Origin: Fibrobacteria bacterium
GTDB taxonomy: Bacteria > Fibrobacterota > Fibrobacteria > UBA11236
Length of the DNA: 64,000 bases
NCBI GenBank assembly: GCA_043745805.1
Contig: JAYTSD010000045.1
Coordinates: forward strand, 1 to 64,000
Direction: 5' to 3'
Shown here: piece by piece, positions 49,379 to 59,126 of the stretch
How positions within the stretch are numbered: the stretch's first letter is position 1
Layout: each line of letters opens with the position of its first letter
Position numbers and translations under genes: made by a program
Notes under the pieces: model-generated
Databases searched by the model: none
Told to the model about the DNA's origin: nothing
Seen by the model: only the letters and a program-made list of their open reading frames with translations

Positions 49379-49897
49379 AATTTCTCTATCGATAATCGAA
49401 TAGATAAAACGCTCCAAACTAATAGGATAAAATTTGGGTTGCGGACACCAAATTACGCCCATATTAATTATTTCCCCGCGATTCAAATCATTTAAAGTGG
49501 CTTCTAAAAGATCTTCATCGCTATCAGGAAATTCTTCAATGGCAAAATTTTCATTGCGAATTTTTAATTGATTTTTATGTGGGCTTTGAAAAGAAAAAAT
49601 CCTTCCGACTATACTTTTATCCATGAAGGGTTCATTTTCTTGGAATATATCTTCAAAATGATCGCTATCGGAATTGAATGAAAATATCAATTTAGGACTC
49701 ACACTAATTTTGCCCGTAAGCTTTAGCGAACGCGCCGATTGCGAAGCGCCTTGGGCTAAATAATTCGGATTGGGACCAATTAAGGTAAAGGGAAGCGAAT
49801 GATAACCTTCGACAATACCGGTAATAGGGACACGTTTAATATCCGTCTGCTGATAAATTTTTTTAATCCATTCAGGATCAGAACTTTCATTTTGCAT
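49373..49897 (-). CDS. Hypothetical protein
   Basis: 174-aa ORF directly downstream of comEC. Confidence 0.6.
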   Translation of the reverse strand: MQNESSDPEWIKKIYQQTDIKRVPITGIVEGYHSLPFTLIGPNPNYLAQGASQSARSLKLTGKISVSPKLIFSFNSDSDHFEDIFQENEPFMDKSIVGRIFSFQSPHKNQLKIRNENFAIEEFPDSDEDLLEATLNDLNRGEIINMGVIWCPQPKFYPISLERFIYSIIDREIL

Positions 49898-49915
49898 GTA
49901 ACTTATAAAGTAGCA

Positions 49916-52330
49916 TTAATTTCCCTTTACTTCAGGCAAAAAAGTCTCCCAAGTTTCTCTAGAGCGATTCATACTATAACTTATAGCGCCTTGTTCCGCA
50001 GTGGAGAAGGTTTTTATTTTTTTTGCATTTAAACCTTGTACAATATTCATTCCGGGATGTCCAAATCTATTTTTACGACCAACCGATAGAATCGCGTATT
50101 GTGGGTGAATGGCTTCGATAAATTCTAATCGATTAGTTCGTCCACTGCCATGATGCGGGATTTTTAAAATATCATTTTCGCGCCAATTCATAGCTAAATG
50201 TTCAAAATGACTTTCGGATATTTTTTCAATATCACCGGTTAATAAAATTTTCTTATGCCGCCAGTTTAATTGCACGACTAAGGAATTGTCATTGCGATCT
50301 TTAAATTGATTTTCTGCGCAGGGACTAAGAATATGCATGGCATAATTATCACTATGGTAAATACTTTGGCCGCAATGTAAGGCTTTTAGCGGAATATGAT
50401 ATTCGCTTAATTTCGCGCGCAAATTTTTCCAACCAGCTGATTCGGCTTCTAATCCTGAAGTATAAACGGTATCTATTGAAATATAGGGCAGCAAATAAAC
50501 CAAGCCTCCATAATGATCTTCATCGGGATGGGTGATTAAAACCATATTTAAATGATTAATTCCTTTGGATTTTAAAAAAGGCAATATGACTTTTTTTCCT
50601 GCACCATTTCCTGGATGCCCTGGTCCTGCATCAATAAGAATATGGCTTTGTGGCATTTGGCAATAAAAAGCATCACCTTGACCCACATCTAAAAAAGTAA
50701 TAGAGGCCGGTTCCTGATAAGCATTCCACAGAGCATGCAAAGCATAATCCCAAGAAAATAAAGTTGCAAAAAATAAAATCCATGTTTTTCCAATGCCTTT
50801 TTTAAAACTAAAGGGAAGTAATAAACAAAATAAACTAAGCACGATTAATTCAAAAAGCGGAAGCGTGGGGATAAAAATTCGACCTTGTGGTAAATTTGCT
50901 AAATAATGTACGCTATAATTTAAGGCTTTGGCGCACAATGCCGAGGTAACACCAAGACTGTCGCATAGAATTTGTCCCAGAGGGCCTGGCATGGGTGAAA
51001 AAAGCAAAGAAAAAAATAATGTTAACACGCCAGTTACAATTAAAATAGAGCTGATAATTAGAGTGGCAATGTTTCCCAAAATACCATAGGGAGCTACTTG
51101 ATGTATGGTGGCGGCTAAAAGCGGTAGCGTAATTAAAAAAACAGCTAAACTTATTAGCGGTGTAGAAAGAAGATAAATGCTAATGGGATGTGTGATATTT
51201 TTAGAATGTACCCATTGCAAAATAGGTTGTCCAAATAGCAGTAAAGCAAAAGTAGCGATAAAGGAAAGTTGAAAACCTAAGGACATGATTTGATAAGGCA
51301 TAAGCAACAAACAGCTGCTGGTGGCTAATCCTAAGGCATTTAGCGTAGAGCTCGGTCTTTCCCACCAAAAGCAGGGTAGAAAGCAGGCGAACATGATAAC
51401 ACTTCGAATAACACTGATGGAAGATCCCGAAATGGGAATATAGGCACATAAAATAAGCGTTACTATAAAGGCCGCCAGCTTGAGGGGTAAGCGCAGAAAA
51501 TTGAATAGCAATAATAAAATTAAAGCCAATAATCCAATATGTTGTCCACTAATGGCGAGTATGTGTAACATGCCGCTATTTTGAAAGTCTTGCATCAATT
51601 CGGGACTTATCGCGTCCATATCCCCCAATACTGCGGCTTGCAGGAGAGGTTGTTCTTGGAGAGGAATATGCTTTGCCAATGCCTTTTGCATGCTGACACG
51701 ACAAATACTTATATAATGCCAATAAAATGGAGGGTCCGAAATTTTCAAAATAGAATCGGCACGCCAAATGCCATTGAGATTTTGGGAACGATAATATTGT
51801 AAAGCATTCCATTCTCCTGGATTGGTCGGTGGAAAATAGGGTAAGGCTTTGCCCACTAAGCTTATTTTTGTGCCTGGCCAAATAGGAAAATACGCATGGG
51901 CTACATGAATTCGGAAGCTTCCAGTATTTGTTTGCAACGTGAAGGCCAAGTCTTTGCCTTCAGTGGAATAGCCACTTATTTCTCCGCTTAAAATTTGTGA
52001 AGGGAGATTTTTATTTTCTTCGCCAAAAAGTTTAGGCATGGGGAAGGTATAGTGTAAAATCGCAAACCAAATCGCATAGCATCCTATCCAAGGCAAAATC
52101 TTCACATGCCATCCGTGGATAATCAACAAGTGAAGGAGTAAACCAATTAAGCTTAGCCAAGGATTGTAAAATGCACCGATACAGCCCCATAAAATGGGTA
52201 AGGCTAGGTGTATGCCCCACAGCCAACGGTATTTGTTTTGCACGGCCTTATGCCAGTCCATAAAAAAAACCAGCCACCCTATTAAAGCTGTGAGTTTGTA
52301 TGCTTGGGCGAGCTTTATAAGCGATGACAT
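49916..52330 (-). CDS. comEC: DNA internalization competence protein ComEC/Rec2
   Basis: HILAISGQH, GFQLSF, DVGQGD, THPDEDH, PHHGS, NRFGHP. Confidence 0.95.
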   Translation of the reverse strand: MSSLIKLAQAYKLTALIGWLVFFMDWHKAVQNKYRWLWGIHLALPILWGCIGAFYNPWLSLIGLLLHLLIIHGWHVKILPWIGCYAIWFAILHYTFPMPKLFGEENKNLPSQILSGEISGYSTEGKDLAFTLQTNTGSFRIHVAHAYFPIWPGTKISLVGKALPYFPPTNPGEWNALQYYRSQNLNGIWRADSILKISDPPFYWHYISICRVSMQKALAKHIPLQEQPLLQAAVLGDMDAISPELMQDFQNSGMLHILAISGQHIGLLALILLLLFNFLRLPLKLAAFIVTLILCAYIPISGSSISVIRSVIMFACFLPCFWWERPSSTLNALGLATSSCLLLMPYQIMSLGFQLSFIATFALLLFGQPILQWVHSKNITHPISIYLLSTPLISLAVFLITLPLLAATIHQVAPYGILGNIATLIISSILIVTGVLTLFFSLLFSPMPGPLGQILCDSLGVTSALCAKALNYSVHYLANLPQGRIFIPTLPLFELIVLSLFCLLLPFSFKKGIGKTWILFFATLFSWDYALHALWNAYQEPASITFLDVGQGDAFYCQMPQSHILIDAGPGHPGNGAGKKVILPFLKSKGINHLNMVLITHPDEDHYGGLVYLLPYISIDTVYTSGLEAESAGWKNLRAKLSEYHIPLKALHCGQSIYHSDNYAMHILSPCAENQFKDRNDNSLVVQLNWRHKKILLTGDIEKISESHFEHLAMNWRENDILKIPHHGSGRTNRLEFIEAIHPQYAILSVGRKNRFGHPGMNIVQGLNAKKIKTFSTAEQGAISYSMNRSRETWETFLPEVKGN

Positions 52331-52430
52331 TTTTCCTCCGGTGAATAATGGAGGAAAAAAAAGTGTATTTGGACGTGATTTCTATCACATCACCACTTAT
52401 TTAAATGAAGACGAAATTAAAAAATGGGAC

Positions 52431-52461
52431 AAAAAAAAGACCTCCTTGCGGAAGCCTTTTT
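52431..52461 (-). terminator. Rho-independent terminator of second HU gene
   Basis: Minus strand GGCTTCC-gcaa-GGAGGTC followed by a long T run. Confidence 0.75.
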
Positions 52462-52480
52462 AAAAACAATTTTTAGAAAA

Positions 52481-52822
52481 TTATTTTTTCTTTTTGGCTG
52501 GTGTCTTGGCAGGTGTTTTTGCTGATGCCTTGGCTGGAGCCGGTGAAATGGCTTCTTTGGCGGCTTTAGCGACGCGAAACTTCACTACTTTTTTAGCAGG
52601 GATTTTAATGGTTTCGCCGGTTGCAGGGTTGCGGCCCATGCGTGCTTTACGTTGTACCAAAACAAGCTTTCCTAATCCAGGAAGAGTAAATCCATTTTTA
52701 GCATTTTTATAAGCCAATGAAGCCAAACTTTCTAAGAAGCTTTTAACTTGCACCTTAGTGAAGCTATTGCTCTTTGCAAGCGAGTCTATAATTTGGCCTT
52801 GGGTTAAACTTTTCTCTGCCAT
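52481..52822 (-). CDS. HU family DNA-binding protein with PAK-rich tail
   Basis: LPGLGKL, RMGRNPATGETIKIPAK; tail PAKASAKTPAKTPAKKKK. Confidence 0.93.
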   Translation of the reverse strand: MAEKSLTQGQIIDSLAKSNSFTKVQVKSFLESLASLAYKNAKNGFTLPGLGKLVLVQRKARMGRNPATGETIKIPAKKVVKFRVAKAAKEAISPAPAKASAKTPAKTPAKKKK

Positions 52823-53023
52823 TGAATGTCCTTTCTAATGAGGTTGGGTAAATTGATACGAATATATTACATAATAAAAAATCAATTGTCCTCAAAAAAA
52901 TTTACCTGCTAGTGAGAATTTTTCAATTATGAATTTGCACAATATGATTCCGGCTTTATGAATAGGGGTTAAAAACTCGGTGGTCTTTTGCATGACGCGC
53001 AAGAATAAAGCATTTTATAGGCT

Positions 53024-53554
53024 ATGCAAGAATTGAATGAACCGATTGGAGTAAAAGCGATAGCTGCAATATTAAGCCCGCATCCGATTCCCGAAAATTC
53101 TTTTTATGTCGATTTAGCGGAATGTTTTGGATCCATAATTTATAAAGGTGCTTTTTTACCCTTTGACACCACGGATTATTATGCCTCTGAATTTGGGCCT
53201 AAGCTGTATCGAGGGTTTTGTGCCTTTACTGGATTAATGGAACCGTCATTATTGGTTGAATACAAGCTTAAAGCCGCGCAGTTAGAAGAAAAATGGAGTG
53301 ATGCAGGACGACGAATTTACAATGTGGATATCGGTTATCTCGATTTTGATAAATTGGTTTTAGCTTCTTTTAAAAAAGGGCCTTGTAAATTATATCTGAA
53401 TCATGGCGTCTATGCCGATATGTTGGTAAAATATTCCAAAGGGAATTTTGAACCTTTTCCTTGGGCCTTTTCTGATTTTAAAGACGCTCGCTATATCCCA
53501 AGCTTGCTGGCTATCAGGGAAAAATTGAAAGCGGAAGCTAGGAAAAACCGATGA
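53024..53554 (+). CDS. DUF4416 family protein
   Basis: TDYYASEFG, RIYNVDIGYL, LVLASFK, PWAFSDF. Confidence 0.8.
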   Translation: MQELNEPIGVKAIAAILSPHPIPENSFYVDLAECFGSIIYKGAFLPFDTTDYYASEFGPKLYRGFCAFTGLMEPSLLVEYKLKAAQLEEKWSDAGRRIYNVDIGYLDFDKLVLASFKKGPCKLYLNHGVYADMLVKYSKGNFEPFPWAFSDFKDARYIPSLLAIREKLKAEARKNR

Positions 53555-54768
53555 AAATTATTTTATTAGGGTTACTAATTGCCAATTTGTTGAGCTGCCG
53601 CGCTATTACAGGAACAGATACACCGAGTGCTATTAATGGTTATTCCGATCGTCGATTGTATGTCAATGATGCTGCAAAAAATGATTCATTAAAGCATTCT
53701 ATCATTGATTATGGTATTCGCTTAGTTTTGCAACCCAATATCACCTATAATTTATCTTTAATAGGCTCCAAGCAAAATTCGGATCAACTTACTTTGTACA
53801 CCCTAGATAATGGAGGGACAGAAGAATACGTTAAGCCGTCTCCCGTAACAGATGGGACGAAGCAGTTTTTTGAGTTCACCTCGCATCAAAGTGCAGCACA
53901 ATTTTTTGTGGCCAAGGTTACTCCCCAAAACAGATCCTTATTACTGAATGATTTAACCAAGGTAACCCTAACAGCATTGCCGGCTGTAAATAAAGATACG
54001 CTTTTTATCGATCTGCTTTTTATTAATCAACTCACAGGGTTAACTAGTAATGCTCAAAAGCAAATTTATGCCGAGCAATTTTTTAAAACCTTAAATGGAA
54101 TATATAGTCAATTTGTCACTCCCACACTTCCAAGCTTGTATATACAGGGCGATATCGATATAGTACAGCCCACAAGCAAACCCTTTGTTTATGCCTTTTC
54201 CACCAATGAATATATTCCCTTGCCTGGAACTCGGCGCGCTAAGCATGTGCATATTTATATAGTGGATAATATTTCTTATGCCGGAAATACCGGAGGTGCC
54301 ATTTTGGGATTTACGGGACGGGAAGCTTTTGATATAGATACACATCGGGAAAGCCGCATCATACTTTCTAATCAAGGTGGGGATGTTTATCGACTAGCGG
54401 CAACTGCTGCGCATGAAATGGGACATTTTTTTGGCTTAAGACATACCGTGGCAACAAATTTAGATTTAGGTCAAGAAGATGATGATTCCAATTTGGATGA
54501 TGGCTTTACGGATACCAAACTTTGTGCCTTAGATATTGCAATTGCTTCAGCAAAGATTTCGGCACAATCGAAGGCCTCAATCACTACTAAAAATTCACCT
54601 CCAAAAATAGGTAACTATTGTTTACGAAGGGCTGGAAATGACTGTAATGCTTTATGCGATCTCGGTAATTTAATGCATGCCTATGAATGTCAGAGTTTGG
54701 TACAGAAAGAATTATCCAAACAACAAATTTTATTCTTGCGCACCAATATCAGCCTGTATAGCCATTAA
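53551..54768 (+). CDS. Metzincin zinc metalloprotease lipoprotein (M43-like)
   Basis: Lipobox LLSC; HEMGHFFGLRH; Met-turn NLMH. Confidence 0.8.
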   Translation: MKIILLGLLIANLLSCRAITGTDTPSAINGYSDRRLYVNDAAKNDSLKHSIIDYGIRLVLQPNITYNLSLIGSKQNSDQLTLYTLDNGGTEEYVKPSPVTDGTKQFFEFTSHQSAAQFFVAKVTPQNRSLLLNDLTKVTLTALPAVNKDTLFIDLLFINQLTGLTSNAQKQIYAEQFFKTLNGIYSQFVTPTLPSLYIQGDIDIVQPTSKPFVYAFSTNEYIPLPGTRRAKHVHIYIVDNISYAGNTGGAILGFTGREAFDIDTHRESRIILSNQGGDVYRLAATAAHEMGHFFGLRHTVATNLDLGQEDDDSNLDDGFTDTKLCALDIAIASAKISAQSKASITTKNSPPKIGNYCLRRAGNDCNALCDLGNLMHAYECQSLVQKELSKQQILFLRTNISLYSH

Positions 54769-54787
54769 TTAATTACTACTCGTTTAA

Positions 54788-55216
54788 TTAATCCATGGCC
54801 AATGGTTGCAAGGATTGCACAATATCGTAGAACACCTGAATTTTTTTTTGCATGGCTTCTCTTTGATGGCCATGATAGCGAATGAAGGCGCAGTAATTAT
54901 TCCAAAATGCATGGCATACAATCCAAAAACGCTCGTCAGGGCCCGTGCCGCGAGTGACTATGGTGACAATGTTTGCGGCATTTTCCGTCATCACGGTTTT
55001 AAGGGGGATTACCTGTTCATCGCGTAAATAGGTTTCATGATAATCGGATATTTCTACATCAATGGCTTTTTGAATTTTACGCGCGGCGACGAGTTCAATA
55101 GTACAAGTTCCATCTAAGTTACTAATAATAGTTTTGTCTTTTAAATCGCGAATATCCCATTCTCCTTTATCTTCAAAGAAGAAACAATACCAAGCACAAG
55201 GGGAAACATGCATCAT
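54788..55216 (-). CDS. Hypothetical protein
   Basis: 142-aa ORF whose start overlaps the ruvX stop. Confidence 0.6.
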   Translation of the reverse strand: MMHVSPCAWYCFFFEDKGEWDIRDLKDKTIISNLDGTCTIELVAARKIQKAIDVEISDYHETYLRDEQVIPLKTVMTENAANIVTIVTRGTGPDERFWIVCHAFWNNYCAFIRYHGHQREAMQKKIQVFYDIVQSLQPLAMD

Positions 55217-55650
55217 ACGGTTTCACCCTTGCGATTTAAATAATCTTGTAAAATGTAACAGGCTGCTACGCGATCAATCGCTGCTTTATCGGGACGCTTT
55301 TTTTTATGGCTGCGGGTTTTTAAGCTAGCCTGTGCAAGTTGACTGGTATAAGCTTCATCTTCGCGATAAACCGGTAAGTTTAATTTTTTTTCCAGTTCAG
55401 CAATAAAAACATCTACGGCTTCGGTTTTGCCTCCCGGTTTTTCTATTCCATCGGTACGCAATGGGTAACCTACCACAATTCCACCGACTAACTCATCGTC
55501 GATAATGGTTTTAAGCAAGGGGAAAATATCGGGATTTTTTTTGCAATCAATGGTGGTGAGCCCAATAGCTATGGTATGATCGGGGTCGCTTAAGGCCACG
55601 CCAATGCGGCGTTCTCCAAAATCAAGTCCCAGTAGGGTGGTCTTTTTCAT
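55213..55650 (-). CDS. ruvX: Pre-16S rRNA nuclease / resolvase-like YqgF
   Basis: LGLDFGERRIGVALSD, VVGYP, DEAYTS, IDRVAA..ILQ. Confidence 0.95.
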   Translation of the reverse strand: MKKTTLLGLDFGERRIGVALSDPDHTIAIGLTTIDCKKNPDIFPLLKTIIDDELVGGIVVGYPLRTDGIEKPGGKTEAVDVFIAELEKKLNLPVYREDEAYTSQLAQASLKTRSHKKKRPDKAAIDRVAACYILQDYLNRKGETV

Positions 55651-56800
55651 CTTTACTCTTGGCCCAATTTAGCAGGATTTCTTCGGCATTAAAGGTTTTT
55701 TTGGAAACTTTTTTGGTTTTCTCTTCCAAAAATTCAAAGTGACCACTTTCAATTTGAATGATTTTTTCCACTGCTTCACGTTCCGTAGAATCCGAGCATA
55801 CCGCTTCGAGAATTAATCCTTTATACAAAATAATTTCACCGGCATCTTGGGAGCCTACCACTAATAAGCGGCCGCTCTTTTTTAATTGCGCTAAAAACAA
55901 AATCAAATCCAATAAAGTTCCAGCTTGAATATTGCCTTTTAAGGCGGCAGATTGAATAGAATAAAGCAATTGTTGAGAATTGGGCTCTAGGCACTGCGTA
56001 ATTGCGTGTCTTAAAGGTTTATCATGCAAAGGAGTAGGCAAAAATTGACGTACCTTATATGTTACTGGAGTCTCGGCAGGGGCAGTGTTTACATAGATTA
56101 TGGGTGTATTGATCAAACGCACATTTTCACCCATTAATTTTTCGAGTATTTCATAATGGATAAAATCGGCAACCAATAAGTTAGGGGAAAATGTTTTGTA
56201 ACTTGCAAAAAAATTGTCGAGCTGGTTTTCTAAACCGCATTCATAGCCGCAGGCTTCCAAGAATTTAAAAAGCGAAACGGACTCATTTACAAGTTCAGAT
56301 TCAACTAAGGGTTCAAAGGGGAAAAGCAAAAGGATTTTATTCTGCAAACGTTTTTCGCCAGAAATTTTATGGACTTTGTCCTCAGATATTTTTTTTCTAC
56401 TCCGATGCAACATGAACCCTAATAAGAATAATGTGGAACTAATTAAGCCTAATACAATTGTAATTATAAAATTGAGCTGTCCGGCTTTTTGGGGATTAGG
56501 TTTATTCACAAAGTTCACTGAATGCCCTAAGGACCAGCCTATAAGGGTATCATGAGCCTTCAATTTTATCCAAGAACCATTGCGAGCTAATATTTGACAA
56601 TAATCTCCACGTTGCGCCATGCCGATAATATTGGCTTGCAAGGAAGTGGCCGTCCGAATGGGCAAAAAGGCATCCTCTACTTGAGCCCAAGCGGTGTCAT
56701 GGGACGTGGCGGAGGTTGATTTTATTTGCGGAATCGTTTTTTCCGCTGCAAAAATATTGCTGAACAGGAGGAATATTAAACCAATGAGAGCATGCCTCAT
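55622..56800 (-). CDS. SH3b-TM-receiver-like-DUF4388 protein
   Basis: Signal peptide; SH3-like GSWIKL..IGW; TM helix; C-terminal LKGNI..LLDLI..KKSGRL..GEI..GHFEF. Confidence 0.7.
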   Translation of the reverse strand: MRHALIGLIFLLFSNIFAAEKTIPQIKSTSATSHDTAWAQVEDAFLPIRTATSLQANIIGMAQRGDYCQILARNGSWIKLKAHDTLIGWSLGHSVNFVNKPNPQKAGQLNFIITIVLGLISSTLFLLGFMLHRSRKKISEDKVHKISGEKRLQNKILLLFPFEPLVESELVNESVSLFKFLEACGYECGLENQLDNFFASYKTFSPNLLVADFIHYEILEKLMGENVRLINTPIIYVNTAPAETPVTYKVRQFLPTPLHDKPLRHAITQCLEPNSQQLLYSIQSAALKGNIQAGTLLDLILFLAQLKKSGRLLVVGSQDAGEIILYKGLILEAVCSDSTEREAVEKIIQIESGHFEFLEEKTKKVSKKTFNAEEILLNWAKSKDEKDHPTGT

Positions 56801-56982
56801 TCTGTAAATAACCTTTTTTTCAAAACAAAAAGCAAATGCAAGGTGTTTGAGACCTTATGTTTGCTGGATTTCTATTAGAGTAATTATGGGGGGAGGGAAA
56901 GGGTTTTGGGTAGGGGTATTTTCTCTCAAAATCGGTTTAAATATTACGTTTATGGCTGCAAACCATTATGGACAAAAGGAAG

Positions 56983-57081
56983 AATGATTTTAATGTTATC
57001 CCAAAATTTTATTTTATTATCTCTGCTAGTTTTTTCTGTCTTCACTTTTGAAGGGTGTCAGGAAATCGATGGAACAAAAAG
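56983..57081 (+). pseudogene. Probable 5' remnant of a lipoprotein gene truncated by IS insertion
   Basis: MILMLSQNFILLSLLVFSVFTFEGC resembles a lipoprotein signal; frame runs into an IS-like end at 57082. Confidence 0.35.
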
Positions 57082-57106
57082 TGATCTGCGCCCTTGTTCA
57101 CGGACA
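57082..57106 (+). mobile_element. Possible IS3-family terminal inverted repeat remnant
   Basis: TGATCTGCGCCC...GGACA resembles IS3-family ends (TGA.CTGCCCC...GGACA). Confidence 0.4.
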
Positions 57107-57129
57107 TTTAGTTAGACAACACAAACCCT

Positions 57130-57321
57130 GAGGGTGTACTGAAGTTTGTGTAAATGGTCCGATGCTATAAAGCTAATTTATTCCACGAAAGGGAAATAAT
57201 GACCATTAAAAATGAAATCCTCGACGAACTTTTAAAAGACTATACCAAGCCTGAAGACATGTTCGGAGCAAACGGTATACTTAAGCAATTAGGTATTCCA
57301 CCAAGGAAGGTATCTTCTTAG
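57130..57321 (+). mobile_element. IS256-family remnant: left end plus truncated transposase (ORF 57199-57321)
   Basis: GAGGGTGTACTGAAGTTTGTGTAAAT end; MTIKNEILDELLKDYTKPEDMFGANGILKQL matches IS256 transposase N-termini; stops after 40 aa. Confidence 0.75.
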
Positions 57322-57364
57322 AGTGAAGCGCATCCCGCATAAAACAAGCTATTATTCCCAACAT

Positions 57365-57838
57365 ATGATCACCATTTACATCGACGCGGACGCCTGCCCA
57401 GTCAAAGAAGAAATTTACAAAGTCGCCAAAAGACATAACCTTCCCGTCATTCTAGTAGCCAATGCCACCATGCGCATACCCTTCGATAATAATATTCGCT
57501 TACAAGTAGTGAATGACGCCTTTGATGCTGCCGATGATTGGATAGTTGAACAAGTACAACGTTCCGATATAGTCATTACCTCGGATATTCTCCTCGCCAG
57601 CCGCTGCTTACCCAAGGGTGCTTATGTACTAGGTAATACCGGAAAACCTTTTCTGGAAGATAATATCGGTGAAACCGTGGCTTCGCGAGAGATATCGGCC
57701 GAACTGCGACAAATGGGATTATTACCCGGTGGGCCAAGGCCTTTTCAACCCAAAGATCGCTCCACTTTTTTGCAGCAATTGGATTCGGCTATTCATGCCA
57801 TGTTACGTCAAAAAAAGTCGCGTAGGGCACCTGAGTAA
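57365..57838 (+). CDS. YaiI/YqxD (UPF0178) family protein
   Basis: IYIDADACPVK, DAADDWI, TSDILLA, GGP; start at ATG 57365. Confidence 0.95.
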   Translation: MITIYIDADACPVKEEIYKVAKRHNLPVILVANATMRIPFDNNIRLQVVNDAFDAADDWIVEQVQRSDIVITSDILLASRCLPKGAYVLGNTGKPFLEDNIGETVASREISAELRQMGLLPGGPRPFQPKDRSTFLQQLDSAIHAMLRQKKSRRAPE

Positions 57839-57978
57839 TACCGAAATAGGTTCCGAATAATCCCCAAATTAGGTTCGAATTGTGCATCGCTACTCCCGAA
57901 TAAATTTCTCATCCGCTTGCCGTTTAACCTATCTTTTAAAACAGTCTTAATTTTAGTGTAATAGAAGAAGGAAGCTTC

Positions 57979-58623
57979 ATGCAAGTTGAAATTTGGTCCG
58001 ATGTGATGTGCCCTTTTTGCTATATCGGCAAACGCAAATTTGAAAAGGCCTTAGAACAATTTTCGGGTAAGGATGAGGTGGAAGTTACTTGGAAAAGTTT
58101 TCAATTAAACCCTTCCCAAACCACCCATCTCGAAAAAAATATTCATCAATATCTTGCGGAGATTAAAGGCATACCTTTGGCTCAGGCGCAGGAGATGAAT
58201 GCGCGCGTTACTGAAATGGCGAAGGAAGTGGGACTGACTTATAATTTTGATAAGGCCATCGTAGCCAATTCTTTTGATGCTCATCGCTTGGTGCAATTGG
58301 CCAAATCCCAAGGCCTTGGTGGATCGATGGAAGAGCGGCTTTTTAAAGCCTATTTTACCGAAGGTCAAAATACTGCCGATAAGGACACTTTAACGCAATT
58401 GGGAATGGAAATTGGATTGGCTGAAGAATCGATAAAGGATGTTCTGCACAGCGATGCTTTTTCCGCGGAAGTGAAACAGGATATTCGTGAAGCGCAACAA
58501 TTAGGGGTAACCGGCGTGCCTTTTTTTGTGATTGATAGGAAATTTGGAATTTCGGGAGCCCAAGAGAGCCGCATATTTTTGCAGGCTTTGGAAAAAGCCT
58601 CCGTTGATGAAAGTGATGCTTAA
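57979..58623 (+). CDS. DsbA family oxidoreductase (FrnE-like)
   Basis: WSDVMCPFCYIG, GVTGVPFF, SGAQ. Confidence 0.95.
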   Translation: MQVEIWSDVMCPFCYIGKRKFEKALEQFSGKDEVEVTWKSFQLNPSQTTHLEKNIHQYLAEIKGIPLAQAQEMNARVTEMAKEVGLTYNFDKAIVANSFDAHRLVQLAKSQGLGGSMEERLFKAYFTEGQNTADKDTLTQLGMEIGLAEESIKDVLHSDAFSAEVKQDIREAQQLGVTGVPFFVIDRKFGISGAQESRIFLQALEKASVDESDA

Positions 58624-58628
58624 TTAAT

Positions 58629-59108
58629 ATGAAAAAAGAATTTGTGCTTTTCTATGAACGAAAATTTGAAATTATTTTACCGCCGCCCACGTATAGCGAA
58701 AGCTTTTGCTATAACACTTATATTGGGGATAAATACCGATCCAAATATGTGTTAGCGCATGAAATGGATGCTTATGGTAAATCGTATGATGGCCCGCCTT
58801 ATATGGAGCATCGCGTTTTTCTTAAAGATACGATAACCGAAGAGTTACTCATTTTTAATAATCCAACTATTGGACTTAATCCAGATGAGGATTTAGAAGC
58901 GTGGAAGGAAATCTCCGCTTGGTTTTTGAATATGGAAATGCATGTGCAAGTTTTACCCAAAGATGTAAAAATTCGATGTTCAAATTCATCAGCCAATATT
59001 TTTCAAAAGGCGGGACGTAAAATGTTAATTCGCGCTTATGATACGAATGCGCAAAAGAGTTTAATTTATCCCAATAAAGTTTTTAAAGTAAAGTTCACTA
59101 CTTTTTAA
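58629..59108 (+). CDS. Hypothetical protein
   Basis: 159-aa ORF in apparent operon. Confidence 0.55.
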   Translation: MKKEFVLFYERKFEIILPPPTYSESFCYNTYIGDKYRSKYVLAHEMDAYGKSYDGPPYMEHRVFLKDTITEELLIFNNPTIGLNPDEDLEAWKEISAWFLNMEMHVQVLPKDVKIRCSNSSANIFQKAGRKMLIRAYDTNAQKSLIYPNKVFKVKFTTF

Positions 59109-59126
59109 TTAAGGTTTTACCAAGTA

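Noticed and set aside
57841..57900. Short imperfect repeat (TAGGTTCCGAAT / TAGGTTCGAAT)
   Set aside because: Only two degenerate copies; not distinguishable from chance
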